DNA of 64,000 nucleotides, taken from Treponema sp. Lineage in GTDB: Bacteria; Spirochaetota; Spirochaetia; Treponematales; Treponemataceae. This document shows, piece after piece, positions 10,249-19,847 of the stretch. Location: assembly GCA_024402655.1 (NCBI GenBank), contig JAKSTH010000002.1:795-64794 (forward strand), written 5' to 3'. A program made the position numbers and the translations under genes. How positions within the stretch are numbered: the stretch's first letter is position 1; every line of letters begins with the position of its first letter. The notes under the pieces were generated by a model, which made no database searches, had not been told where the DNA came from, and saw only the letters and a list, made by a program, of their open reading frames with translations.

Positions 10249-10734
10249 TTATTTTAATAAAGAAAAAGCAAGGCCAACAATAAATCCTAATAAACAACCA
10301 AAGATAACCTGCATTGGTGTATGACCATTTACTTCTTTAATTGGTGTATATTCTTTTAATGTACCGTTTTCTTTTAATTCATTACCAATTTCGTTAATTT
10401 TTTTAGCCTGAAGTCCACTTGCTCTTCTTACGCCAAATGCATCACGAATTACAACTAAGAGGAAAACAAAACTGATAAAGAAAACATCTGAATTCATTCC
10501 ATTTCTTAAAGCAACAGTTGTACATAAAGAAGTTACTAAAGCAGAGTGACTGGAAGGCATACCACCAGTTCTCCAGATTAAAACTTCAACAAGTTCACCT
10601 GCTGAATGAATTTTTGCTTTTAATAAATTGATTAAAGTTTTAATAAACTGTGCAAGAAACCAGCTTGTAACTCCTGCAAGAAATGTTGAGCTTGTGAGAA
10701 ATAATTTGAACTGCTCGCTAATATTGTTAATCAT
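10249..10734 (-). CDS. Divergent PAP2 family (DUF212) membrane phosphatase-like protein
   Basis: TGGMPSSHSA, RDAFGVRR, GHTPMQV. Confidence 0.9.
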   Translation of the reverse strand: MINNISEQFKLFLTSSTFLAGVTSWFLAQFIKTLINLLKAKIHSAGELVEVLIWRTGGMPSSHSALVTSLCTTVALRNGMNSDVFFISFVFLLVVIRDAFGVRRASGLQAKKINEIGNELKENGTLKEYTPIKEVNGHTPMQVIFGCLLGFIVGLAFSLLK

Positions 10735-10840
10735 AAATACAATTCCGAAATTTACTTTATATACAATTTTACCATTAGAATGTAAATTTTACTAGTACTT
10801 AATATTGCTTATTTTTCTTATTTTATTAAGATATAAAAAG

Positions 10841-11821
10841 ATGGATTTTATTGAATTAAAAGCGGGTCCTGATGATGCAAACCGCCGGGCCGATAAAGTA
10901 ATTAAAAAACTTATTCCAGATCAGCCTCTTTCTGCAATTTATAAAGCAATGCGCAAAGGTTTAATTAAATGTAATTCTTCAAAACTTAAACCAGAACAAA
11001 TTATTAATGAAAATGATGTTCTAAAAATTGCTGCCTTTTTACTGGAAAATGAAGAACAAAATAACAAACAAAATGATAAAACCACTAAAAATCACAATCC
11101 TGAATCAATAAATATTCCAGAAATTATTCTTAAAACTCAAGATCTGCTTTTTTTGAACAAACCTTATGGAACACTTGTGCAAAAAGCTCAGAAAAGTGAT
11201 TTTAGTCTGGATGATTGTGTAAAAAATTATTATAAACAAACATCAGAAAACAAGTCTTTAAGCTTTACTCCCGGCCCTCTTCACCGCTTAGACCGAAACA
11301 CAACTGGACTTATTGCATTTTCATGGAGCCTTAATGGAGCCAGATGGTTTTCACAAAATATTCAAACTCATGTAATCCAAAAACTGTACCTTGGAATTGT
11401 AGAAGGAAATCTTAAAAAAACAGAAATCTGGCAGGATACAATTACAAAAAAATATGATGAAGATAAAAATTTTCAAACAGTCGATTTAACTCTTAAAAAA
11501 GACTCTGAAACTAAAACAAATGCTTATACAACTGCCACACCTGTAAAACACGGAAAATACAATGGCAAAGATATTACATTAGTTCAGTTCCATATAAAAA
11601 CCGGAAAAACACATCAGATTCGTTCCCAGTCTGCAGGACATGGTTTTCCACTTTTAGGCGACACAGCTTACAATGCTGAAAAACAAAAACTTTCCAGAGA
11701 ATATTTTCTTCATGCATATATACTAAAATTTCCACAAAATAATCCACTTTCACTTCCAGAACAAATTACCTGCCCTTTATTACCAGATATGGAAGACTTT
11801 ATTGCTAGAACTTGTTATTAA
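10841..11821 (+). CDS. RluA-family 23S rRNA pseudouridine synthase (S4 domain)
   Basis: RADK S4-like start, NKPYG, HRLDRNTTG, TGKTHQIR, PLLGD; start moved to ATG 10841. Confidence 0.92.
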   Translation: MDFIELKAGPDDANRRADKVIKKLIPDQPLSAIYKAMRKGLIKCNSSKLKPEQIINENDVLKIAAFLLENEEQNNKQNDKTTKNHNPESINIPEIILKTQDLLFLNKPYGTLVQKAQKSDFSLDDCVKNYYKQTSENKSLSFTPGPLHRLDRNTTGLIAFSWSLNGARWFSQNIQTHVIQKLYLGIVEGNLKKTEIWQDTITKKYDEDKNFQTVDLTLKKDSETKTNAYTTATPVKHGKYNGKDITLVQFHIKTGKTHQIRSQSAGHGFPLLGDTAYNAEKQKLSREYFLHAYILKFPQNNPLSLPEQITCPLLPDMEDFIARTCY

Positions 11822-11848
11822 AAAAAATGTGGTTTATAATTAAGAAAT

Positions 11849-12829
11849 ATGAATAATCTTTTTGAAAACCTGCTTAAAAATATTAAACCAATTTATGTAT
11901 ATGCTCTGGTTGGAGAAAGTGGAACTGGCAAAAGCTTTCGTTCTAAACTTCTTGCAGAACAATATGGTATTCATGCCATAATTGATGATGGTTTATTAAT
12001 TATTGATGAAAAAATTATTGCAGGTCATTCGGCAAAAAGAGAAAAAACATACATGGGTGCCGTTAGAGCAGCATTGTTTGATGATAAAGAACAAAGAGAT
12101 GAAGTTGCAAAAGCTTTAAGAAAATCACGAATCAGTAAGATTCTTCTTCTTGGTACTTCTGAAAAAATGGTTTCTAAAATTGCAATGCGTCTTCAGCTTC
12201 AGCAACCACAAAAAATTATTCACATTGAAGAAATTGCTACAAAAGAAGAAATTGAAAAGGCTGTAAAATCCCGTCAGGTAGAAGGAAAACATGTTATTCC
12301 AGTTCCTTCAATCGAAGTACAAAAAACTTATCCTCAGATTTTTTCAAATTCTGTTCATGACTTTTTCAGCAGTAAAAATATCTTTAAAAAGAAAAACAAT
12401 AATGCTGGTAAAATGATTGAAAAATCTATTGTACAGCCAGAATTTTCAAAAAAAGGCAGAATTGAAATTTCAGAAGCTGCACTTACACAAATGGTTATGC
12501 ATTGTGTACAGGAATGTGCTCCAGATGTAAAAATCAAGAAAATTTCTATAAAAACAAATGCCCGTGGATACAGACTTCTTGTAACAATTGATGTTCCATT
12601 TGGTACTCAACTTACAGGAAAGGTTCACAAACTTCAGCAGTACATAATCGACAAAATTGAAACCTTTACAGGAATCCTGATTGAAGAAGTAAGCATCATT
12701 ATTGATAAAATTACAAAAACTGAAGCAGCACCTGTTACTGAAAACGAAAAGCCAAAATCTAAATCAGATTTATTTAAGCTTGAGTTCATGAAAAAATCTC
12801 TGGCAAAAACACACAAAGATAAAAAATAG
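11849..12829 (+). CDS. P-loop NTPase with C-terminal Asp23/Gls24-like domain
   Basis: GESGTGKS, IIDDGLL, HVIPVP, and C-terminal IETFTGILIEEVSI. Confidence 0.75.
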   Translation: MNNLFENLLKNIKPIYVYALVGESGTGKSFRSKLLAEQYGIHAIIDDGLLIIDEKIIAGHSAKREKTYMGAVRAALFDDKEQRDEVAKALRKSRISKILLLGTSEKMVSKIAMRLQLQQPQKIIHIEEIATKEEIEKAVKSRQVEGKHVIPVPSIEVQKTYPQIFSNSVHDFFSSKNIFKKKNNNAGKMIEKSIVQPEFSKKGRIEISEAALTQMVMHCVQECAPDVKIKKISIKTNARGYRLLVTIDVPFGTQLTGKVHKLQQYIIDKIETFTGILIEEVSIIIDKITKTEAAPVTENEKPKSKSDLFKLEFMKKSLAKTHKDKK

Positions 12830-12833
12830 AAAA

Positions 12834-13991
12834 TTATTTTTTTCTACCTTCTCCAGACTTTTTTTCAGATGAATGTTTCTTTTCAGCTGGAGTCTTCTTT
12901 TCACCAGCAGGCTTTTTTGCCGGCATAACTTTAGAAGGAACACCAATATCTTTTAAAACATTTTTAATGGCAAATTCCAGCTCTCTTCTCTGAGGATTCA
13001 TTGGCAGAATAAAATTGCGACATTCAGTCCATGTTCTGGCATATAATTCATTAGCAGATGTTTTAAGCAATATTTCTTTCTTCCAGTCTGTAAGGCTCAA
13101 AATAAAATCATAAATCAAATAATAAAGTTTCATTCCAAGCCTGCAGTCCGATGAAGTTTTAACAAGATTGTCCAGTTTATTTAAGCTTTTAAAATAATCT
13201 ACACCATAATTTTTACTGGAAGCCATAATAGATGCAGCAGATGGCTGTAAATACATAAACAAACCTGTTTCAACAGCAATCTGAAGAATCTGATGGGCAA
13301 AGCCACTGTTGATTATTTTAAGAAGTTCTTCTGTTAATCTTGAAGGTGAAATCTGAGCAAGAAGATATGCAGAATGTTTTATCTTATTTCTGACCATAAA
13401 AGGAAGTTTTGCATTTGTTGTAGCAGAATATTTAATAGCACGAAGCATACGAACAGGGTCTTCTACAAAAATACTTTCCATTGGAATTACAGGACGAATT
13501 ACATGTTTTTTAATATCCTTCATTCCATTTACATAATCTATTACCTGTTCTGTAGTTGGATCATAATACAAAGCATTTATTGAAAAATCGCGTCGCATTA
13601 CATCCTGTTCAATTGTTCCAAATTCATTTCCAACTGAACCTTCAGCATTACTTCTGAAAGTACTAACTTCGAAAATTTTTGGTCCAAAAACAACATGAAC
13701 AAGTCTGAATCTTTTACCAATTATTCTGGAATTTCTAAAAATTCTTTTGATTTTAGAAGGAGTTGCATCTGTAACAATATCAAAATCTTTTGGAGCTTTA
13801 GTTCCAACAATTAAATCTCTTACTGCACCGCCTACAATATAAGCTGTATAACCAGCTTCTTTCAGGCGGTGAATAATCTGAAGAGCATCTCTATCTATAT
13901 TTCCAAGTGGTATTTTATGTTCTTGTTTTGTATAAACAACGGCTTTTTTTATAAGCTTGCCATTGGAGTCAGTACCATATCTATATAACAC
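12834..13991 (-). CDS. pcnB: Poly(A) polymerase I
   Basis: VGGAVRD, KDFDI, PAP signature IIGKRFRLVHV, RRDFSIN, EDPVRMLRA; GTG start. Confidence 0.88.
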   Translation of the reverse strand: MLYRYGTDSNGKLIKKAVVYTKQEHKIPLGNIDRDALQIIHRLKEAGYTAYIVGGAVRDLIVGTKAPKDFDIVTDATPSKIKRIFRNSRIIGKRFRLVHVVFGPKIFEVSTFRSNAEGSVGNEFGTIEQDVMRRDFSINALYYDPTTEQVIDYVNGMKDIKKHVIRPVIPMESIFVEDPVRMLRAIKYSATTNAKLPFMVRNKIKHSAYLLAQISPSRLTEELLKIINSGFAHQILQIAVETGLFMYLQPSAASIMASSKNYGVDYFKSLNKLDNLVKTSSDCRLGMKLYYLIYDFILSLTDWKKEILLKTSANELYARTWTECRNFILPMNPQRRELEFAIKNVLKDIGVPSKVMPAKKPAGEKKTPAEKKHSSEKKSGEGRKK

Positions 13992-14007
13992 AATGTTTTA
14001 ATTATTC

Positions 14008-14964
14008 TTATTTTTCACATTCAGTCAAGGTGGTTGAAATCCAGTTTATAATATCCTTTTCAACATCTTCTTTGTTTATTTCATTTAAACATTCATGACG
14101 TGCTTCTTCATATTTAAGGACAGAAAGCTTATTCATTCCATTTGATTTATAAACATCAATCAGTTTTTCAACTGTTGCACCATAGCTTCCAACAGGATCT
14201 TTTGTACCATAAACAAATAAAACAGGCAAATCTGTTCTGATTTTTTTCATATTTCCTGATTTATGAATCATATTTAAAAGGCTGGTCATATCTTTAAAGA
14301 ATGAAGCTCTAAGAGAAATACCACACCACTGGTCCATTTCATACATCTGAACACTAAGTTCATCTCTTGAAAGCCATGCATATTTTGATTTTTCTGGGAA
14401 ACCATTGTTGTATGTTCCAAATGCAAGAGTATCTAGCAAACCAACAACTTTATCTCCGCCTGCAATTGCATTAATAAGACCAACTGCAATGCTGGAAACT
14501 CCAATCATCAATTTTCTTGGTCCTGCTGTACCACTTAAAATACAGGCTGTAATTGAATCTGAATATTTTTCAATAAAACTTTGTGCAACAAAACTTCCAA
14601 AAGAATGACCAAGAAGAATAACAGGAACACCTGGGAACTCTTCTTTTACAGCTTCTGTAATTTCGTGTAAATCTTCTATAACAATTTTATATCCATTTTT
14701 ATCTGCAAGTTTTCCAAACTTACCTTTTCCAGAATTTTCTGCAAGCTCGGCTGTTTTTCCATGACCTCGCATATCATATGCATTTAAAACATAACCATTT
14801 TCAGCAAGAATACTTCCAAAACGATCATATCTTAAAGAATGTTCGCTTAAACCATGATGCAACTGAATTACACCTTTAATTTCTACATCTGAATCTGGAA
14901 TCCATCTGTTAATCCAGTGTTCAGCACCATCTTTTGTAGTAAATGAAAAACTTTTAAGTTGCAT
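14008..14964 (-). CDS. Alpha/beta hydrolase (lysophospholipase/monoacylglycerol lipase-like)
   Basis: HGLSEHSLRY, DMRGHG, GHSFG, GTKDPV, RHE. Confidence 0.9.
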   Translation of the reverse strand: MQLKSFSFTTKDGAEHWINRWIPDSDVEIKGVIQLHHGLSEHSLRYDRFGSILAENGYVLNAYDMRGHGKTAELAENSGKGKFGKLADKNGYKIVIEDLHEITEAVKEEFPGVPVILLGHSFGSFVAQSFIEKYSDSITACILSGTAGPRKLMIGVSSIAVGLINAIAGGDKVVGLLDTLAFGTYNNGFPEKSKYAWLSRDELSVQMYEMDQWCGISLRASFFKDMTSLLNMIHKSGNMKKIRTDLPVLFVYGTKDPVGSYGATVEKLIDVYKSNGMNKLSVLKYEEARHECLNEINKEDVEKDIINWISTTLTECEK

Positions 14965-15032
14965 TTAAAAACCTCGCAAATAAAAAATTGAGAATGTATC
15001 TTTTTTTCAAATTAAATGTTAGATTACTAGTT

Positions 15033-16256
15033 ATGGAAATCAAAACAGTAACAACAGAAAAGCTTGTATTTGGCGGAAATACTCTGGCAAAAATCGATAA
15101 TAAAACAGTTTTTATTCCTTATACTTTGCCAGGTGAAACTCTATCTATAAATATAGTACAACACAAAAATGATTATGACAACGCAGAAATTCTTAAAATA
15201 ATTTCTCCTTCTGAGCACAGAGTTGAACCTAAGTGCAAATATTATGGTTTATGCGGCGGCTGCAATATGATGCACATTGATTTTGAATATCAACGAGTCC
15301 TTAGAAAACAAATGCTTATGGACACTTTTGCTCAGTTTAATATTGATGTAACAGATAAAATTGAAGTTGTTTACGATCAGGATTTAAATTACCGTTCCCG
15401 TTTTCAGTTTACAGACGGTGGCCTTTCTCAAAAGAGTTCTAATAATATTATTAACATTGAAAACTGTTGTTGTGCAGATAAAACCATAAATGAATATCTT
15501 TCAGCAACAGAAATTTCCAAACGTCCAAAAGGTCGCGTACACATTTTTGGCAGTGAAAAAATTCAAGGTGATAAAAAACTGAAAATTGAAAAACTGGTTG
15601 AAAATTACAGAAATCAGGAAATTAAATTAAAAGGAAAAGGCAAAATAAAAAAATTGAAAGAAAATCATTATTTTGCAGGAACAGTTCTTTCACCAGAAAA
15701 TCAGGTAACTGTAAATCTTCTTGGAAAACCTGTGACTTTTGATGTAAGAGGATTTTTCCAGTCTAATCTTGCCGTTTTTGAAAAAGTATTAAAATTAATT
15801 TGTGACACTCTTCCAACTGGAAAAAATGTATTAGATATGTACAGTGGTTGTGGCAGCATTTCCACTTTTCTGGCAGATAATTTTGATCAGGTTGTCTTAG
15901 TAGAACATAATAGAGATGCCTTAGTTTATGCAGAACAAAATATGGCCGGCAAAAATCATATGAGTTATGGTTTAAGTGGTGCAGCATGGGTAAAAAATTG
16001 TGCCCCTTCTCTTCCTCCTTTTGATGCCTGTGTTGTAGACCCACCACGTTCCGGCATGGAAAAAGAAGTTCTGGATTATTTATGCAAAAGTAAAATTCCA
16101 TTTATCCGCTCTCTTTCTTGCGATCCGGTAACACATGCACGAGATGCACAAAAACTTATTAAAGCCGGTTATAAACTTGAAAAATTATATCTTCTGGATT
16201 TTTATCCAAATACAAGCCATATAGAAAGTCTTGCAATATTTAATCTGGAGATTTAG
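15033..16256 (+). CDS. TRAM-domain m5U RNA methyltransferase (RlmD/TrmA family)
   Basis: C-x5-CGGC, FFQSN, DMYSGCG, DPPRSG, SCDP, DFYPNTSHIE. Confidence 0.9.
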   Translation: MEIKTVTTEKLVFGGNTLAKIDNKTVFIPYTLPGETLSINIVQHKNDYDNAEILKIISPSEHRVEPKCKYYGLCGGCNMMHIDFEYQRVLRKQMLMDTFAQFNIDVTDKIEVVYDQDLNYRSRFQFTDGGLSQKSSNNIINIENCCCADKTINEYLSATEISKRPKGRVHIFGSEKIQGDKKLKIEKLVENYRNQEIKLKGKGKIKKLKENHYFAGTVLSPENQVTVNLLGKPVTFDVRGFFQSNLAVFEKVLKLICDTLPTGKNVLDMYSGCGSISTFLADNFDQVVLVEHNRDALVYAEQNMAGKNHMSYGLSGAAWVKNCAPSLPPFDACVVDPPRSGMEKEVLDYLCKSKIPFIRSLSCDPVTHARDAQKLIKAGYKLEKLYLLDFYPNTSHIESLAIFNLEI

Positions 16257-16265
16257 AATTTAAGT

Positions 16266-18023
16266 ATGTATAAAAAGTTCACACTTATAATATTTCTTGT
16301 AATCTCACTTTTTTCGCCTGCATTTTCACAAGAGGTGCTTACACCTATAAATGCTTCATGGCAGAAGGTTATTCCAGGAGAAGTTATTTGTGAACCTCAG
16401 CATACATCCTACGGTTTTTCTTTAATTACCGATTCCCGTTATCTTACAGCTTATTCAGATACAGGTACACTTTTATGGGACAAACCTTTAAGCCGTGGGT
16501 CAAAACCTTTTTATTCAGTTCTTCCAGGTGATTATTTTGCAGTTGTTTCCAATTCAGGCTGCAAACTTTCTCTTTTAAACCCAAGTGGCAGTGAAATATG
16601 GAGTCAGGTTCAGGAAACTGCTATTACACAAAAACCTTTTGCAGGAAGAGACGGACGTTTTTTTGTTCGTGGAGAAGAATCTCTCTGGTGTTATGGAATA
16701 AACGGAATTCGTAAGTGGTACCTGGAAACTCCAGCACTTTCACCAATACAGCCACAGGAATTACCAGATGGCAGTCTTGTAGTATTTTTAAAGCAGCTGT
16801 CAGATGGAAAATCTAAAGGTTTAAGAATTTCTCCTTTTGGTGAAATTATGGAAGAAATTCTTTTTTCAGGGGAAGTCTATTCTACAGTTTCCTGCAATCA
16901 GGGAATTTTAATAAGTTTTACAAATGGGCTTGCAGGTTTATTTTCCATACAAAATAATAAAGCAAAAAATAAATGGACTCTAACAAATAAATCTGGTTCT
17001 TCAAAATCAACAAATATTTTTGTACTTTCTGAAGATAAACAAAACGTTCTTTTTATTACAAAAAATGGCGGCCAGACAGTTTTCAATTTTCTGGAATTAA
17101 ACAAAGGTGAAGTTACTTCTTCATTTACAGGTCCTTCTATGACAGGAGATTTAGAAGCTATTTATAATTCCCAGGGAATATTTGTTACAGACAAAAAAAC
17201 TGCATATTTTTTTAATAATAAAGGCATAGAAATCTGGAGCGGAAGCTTCCCTGCTAAAACAAAAAAATCAACCTGGAATTATTACACTTATACTCCAGAC
17301 AATTATCTTATAATTTTTAATTCTGACTGGACAATAAATGCATATAGAACAATTCAGTCTCTTGGTGTAACAGAATTAAACATTCAGAAAAAAAATTATA
17401 ATGCTTTTTATGATATAGACACTTCCCTCTTTGACTCAGCTTACATGCCTTATGAAATAAGTTCAGACATTGCAAGCCTGGACCGTCTTACAGATTTACA
17501 GGAAGGCGATTATGGAAAACATGAACAAGACTGGATTTCCAGCCTTTTAAGCGGCTTTTATGCTAAACAGCAAAGTGAAGTTCCAGGCCAAGACAATCTT
17601 GGTGCAAAAAGACCATTATCGGTTTTCGAAAAAGATGCGCACGGTTATGAATTAATGCTTAATCAGATTCCTTTATATGGAACTGACACTTTTGTAAAAA
17701 TAACAGCAAGTTTACTAAAAAATGAAAAAGATAAAACAAATATAAAAGCATTACTGAATGGTATAATTCTTAATGCTTACGATCCAGATGCCGAAATTAT
17801 AAATAGTTTATATTTACTTTCAAGAAGAATTCCGGAAAAAGAAGATGCTTTGTGTATTCAGATTTGTGATGCAGTATATAGTCTTTGTCTTTTTAATGGT
17901 CGTCCGGCTTTTTATGCAAAAGGCAAAGAAATTTTAAGCAATCTGCTTTATCCAAAATACAGTGCAAAAGTACGCAGTTATGCCCGTTCTGTATTTAAAA
18001 ATATTTCTGATTTGAAGATATAA
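16266..18023 (+). CDS. Secreted PQQ-like beta-propeller protein with helical C-terminal domain
   Basis: Signal peptide (AFS-Q); repeated GxxxW blades (GTLLWD, GSEIWS, GIRKWY, GIEIWS). Confidence 0.65.
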   Translation: MYKKFTLIIFLVISLFSPAFSQEVLTPINASWQKVIPGEVICEPQHTSYGFSLITDSRYLTAYSDTGTLLWDKPLSRGSKPFYSVLPGDYFAVVSNSGCKLSLLNPSGSEIWSQVQETAITQKPFAGRDGRFFVRGEESLWCYGINGIRKWYLETPALSPIQPQELPDGSLVVFLKQLSDGKSKGLRISPFGEIMEEILFSGEVYSTVSCNQGILISFTNGLAGLFSIQNNKAKNKWTLTNKSGSSKSTNIFVLSEDKQNVLFITKNGGQTVFNFLELNKGEVTSSFTGPSMTGDLEAIYNSQGIFVTDKKTAYFFNNKGIEIWSGSFPAKTKKSTWNYYTYTPDNYLIIFNSDWTINAYRTIQSLGVTELNIQKKNYNAFYDIDTSLFDSAYMPYEISSDIASLDRLTDLQEGDYGKHEQDWISSLLSGFYAKQQSEVPGQDNLGAKRPLSVFEKDAHGYELMLNQIPLYGTDTFVKITASLLKNEKDKTNIKALLNGIILNAYDPDAEIINSLYLLSRRIPEKEDALCIQICDAVYSLCLFNGRPAFYAKGKEILSNLLYPKYSAKVRSYARSVFKNISDLKI

Positions 18024-18090
18024 ACTTTATTATGGCAAAACATTATTGTGTATGTTATAATTTATTATCCATTTAAACAAAGGTGGGATT

Positions 18091-19722
18091 ATGAAAAAAA
18101 TTACAAGTATGTTGGCTCTTTCAGTTTTTGCATTTTCAAGTCTTTTTGCACTTGAAGTAAATAAAACTGAATTAAATGTTACAGGTTCAGAAACTATTGA
18201 ATTTATTAACTACACTGGCCCTCACAAGGTTATTGATTCTGCTCAGTCTATCGTTGGTATTGGTTCAGACTTAGGCCAGAATATTTCACTTTCAGTTTCT
18301 TCTAAAACTGGAACCTCTGACAAATATTATGTTGTTCACTCTGTAACATCTACTACAAAAGATCAGTTAGATGCTGATATCCTTTTTATTGGTAGCGAAG
18401 CTGGAGTAGATCATGTAGACAACTTAAGAAGAATTATCAGCGGATATCTTCAGTCTGCATATGGCTATTCTGAAAAAGATGCAAATACACTGGCTGTTTT
18501 CATTACAGTTTACAATGCTGTTTATCGTGGAAAACTGGATACATTTAAATCAAAATATACAGAAGATGTTGTAAAAAATCTTTCTTCTGCAAATTGTGGT
18601 CTTTCAACAAACTATAAAGACTGGCCAGGAAAATCACAGATTGTTATTCCTTTGTTTGATGTAAAAAATGGCGGTCTTTCTACAGTAGATACTTCTGTTA
18701 TTGCAGATTCAAAAGTAATTGACTCTATGCAGGAAGATAACGACAGAAATGTAGACAGCCGTAAAGATATGGTTGACTTAAAAGAAAGAGAAGCTGATGT
18801 TGCTGCTGAAAAAGCACAGGAAGCGCAGAAACAGGCTGTTAAAGAACAGAAAGAATTAAACGAAACAAAGAAAGAAGCTGAAGAAGCAAATAAAACTGCT
18901 GAAGAAGCAAGAAAAGAAGCTGAAGAAGCAAAGAAAATAGCTGAAGAAAATCCTAACGACAAAAAAGCTCAGGATGCTGCTAAAGAAGCTGAAAAGAAAG
19001 CAGAAGAAGCAGAAAAAAATGCTGAAGAAAAACAGAATAAAGTTGATGAACAGCAGCAGAAAGCAGATGAAGCTAAAGAACAGGCTAAAGAAGCTCAGGA
19101 AATAGCTGATAAGAAACAGAACGAAGCTCAGACTGAAAGAAAAGAAATTGCAAAAGACCAGCAGGAAATTATTCAGGAACAGATTGCTGAAGCTAAAGCA
19201 AAAACTGAATACGGTATTATTATTGTAGACGAAGAAAATCTTCTTTCAAGACTTGTTAAATTCAACAGTGAAAATGGTGAAATCATTAGAAAATCTCCTG
19301 TTGCAGTAATTCGTAACAGAACTATTTATGAAGTAGAAGGTGAAGAAGATTCACAATTTATTTCTGTAGCTGGAGATAACGGTGGTAATGGAACTATTAA
19401 ACTTGTTTTAATTGATCAGGATAACATGGAAATTACAAGAGAAAGCAATGAAACTCTTGCAGAAGATTCTGTTCTTGTAAAAGATGGTGATGATTATTAC
19501 TGTGTTATTGATGACAACGGAAAATGGGTTGTAGCAAAATATAACGCTGACCTTGCATTGCGTTATAAATCAGATACAACTGTTAGAAGTTCAACACCTA
19601 TTACTGTTACAAAATCCGGAGTTGTTGTAACAGATTCTACAGGTCAGTTAATGCTATTGTCAAAAGATAATCTTTCGGCAATAACAAAAAGAACTGTAAA
19701 ACCAAATTACGGTGATAAATAA
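18091..19722 (+). CDS. P83/100 family periplasmic protein
   Basis: Signal peptide; IEFINYTGP, DADI, VDHVDNLRRII, YNAVYRG, WPGKSQIVIP; long KEA coiled coil. Confidence 0.88.
   Translation: MKKITSMLALSVFAFSSLFALEVNKTELNVTGSETIEFINYTGPHKVIDSAQSIVGIGSDLGQNISLSVSSKTGTSDKYYVVHSVTSTTKDQLDADILFIGSEAGVDHVDNLRRIISGYLQSAYGYSEKDANTLAVFITVYNAVYRGKLDTFKSKYTEDVVKNLSSANCGLSTNYKDWPGKSQIVIPLFDVKNGGLSTVDTSVIADSKVIDSMQEDNDRNVDSRKDMVDLKEREADVAAEKAQEAQKQAVKEQKELNETKKEAEEANKTAEEARKEAEEAKKIAEENPNDKKAQDAAKEAEKKAEEAEKNAEEKQNKVDEQQQKADEAKEQAKEAQEIADKKQNEAQTERKEIAKDQQEIIQEQIAEAKAKTEYGIIIVDEENLLSRLVKFNSENGEIIRKSPVAVIRNRTIYEVEGEEDSQFISVAGDNGGNGTIKLVLIDQDNMEITRESNETLAEDSVLVKDGDDYYCVIDDNGKWVVAKYNADLALRYKSDTTVRSSTPITVTKSGVVVTDSTGQLMLLSKDNLSAITKRTVKPNYGDK
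18810..19200 (+). repeat. Coding low-complexity repeat (KEAEEA-type coiled coil)
   Basis: Repeated aaagaagctgaagaagca units. Confidence 0.7.
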
Positions 19723-19794
19723 AATCTAATTTAAAATTAAACTTTATCGTTTAGTTTTTTTATATTAAAATCGTTGAAATTATTTCAACAAAAT

Positions 19795-19828
19795 AAAGGA
19801 TTGGAGATTTTCTTCAGTCCTTTTTTTT
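19795..19828 (+). terminator. Intrinsic terminator after the P83/100 gene
   Basis: AAAGGATTGGAG-ATTTT-CTTCAGTCC-T8. Confidence 0.8.
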
Positions 19829-19847
19829 AATTACTGGAGGAACCTTT

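Noticed and set aside
12834-13991. CCA-adding enzyme
   Set aside because: It carries the poly(A) polymerase-specific IIGKRFRLVHV signature.
19795-19815. BglG/LicT RAT antiterminator before the mannosidase
   Set aside because: Only GGATTG matches; the rest of the RAT consensus is absent.
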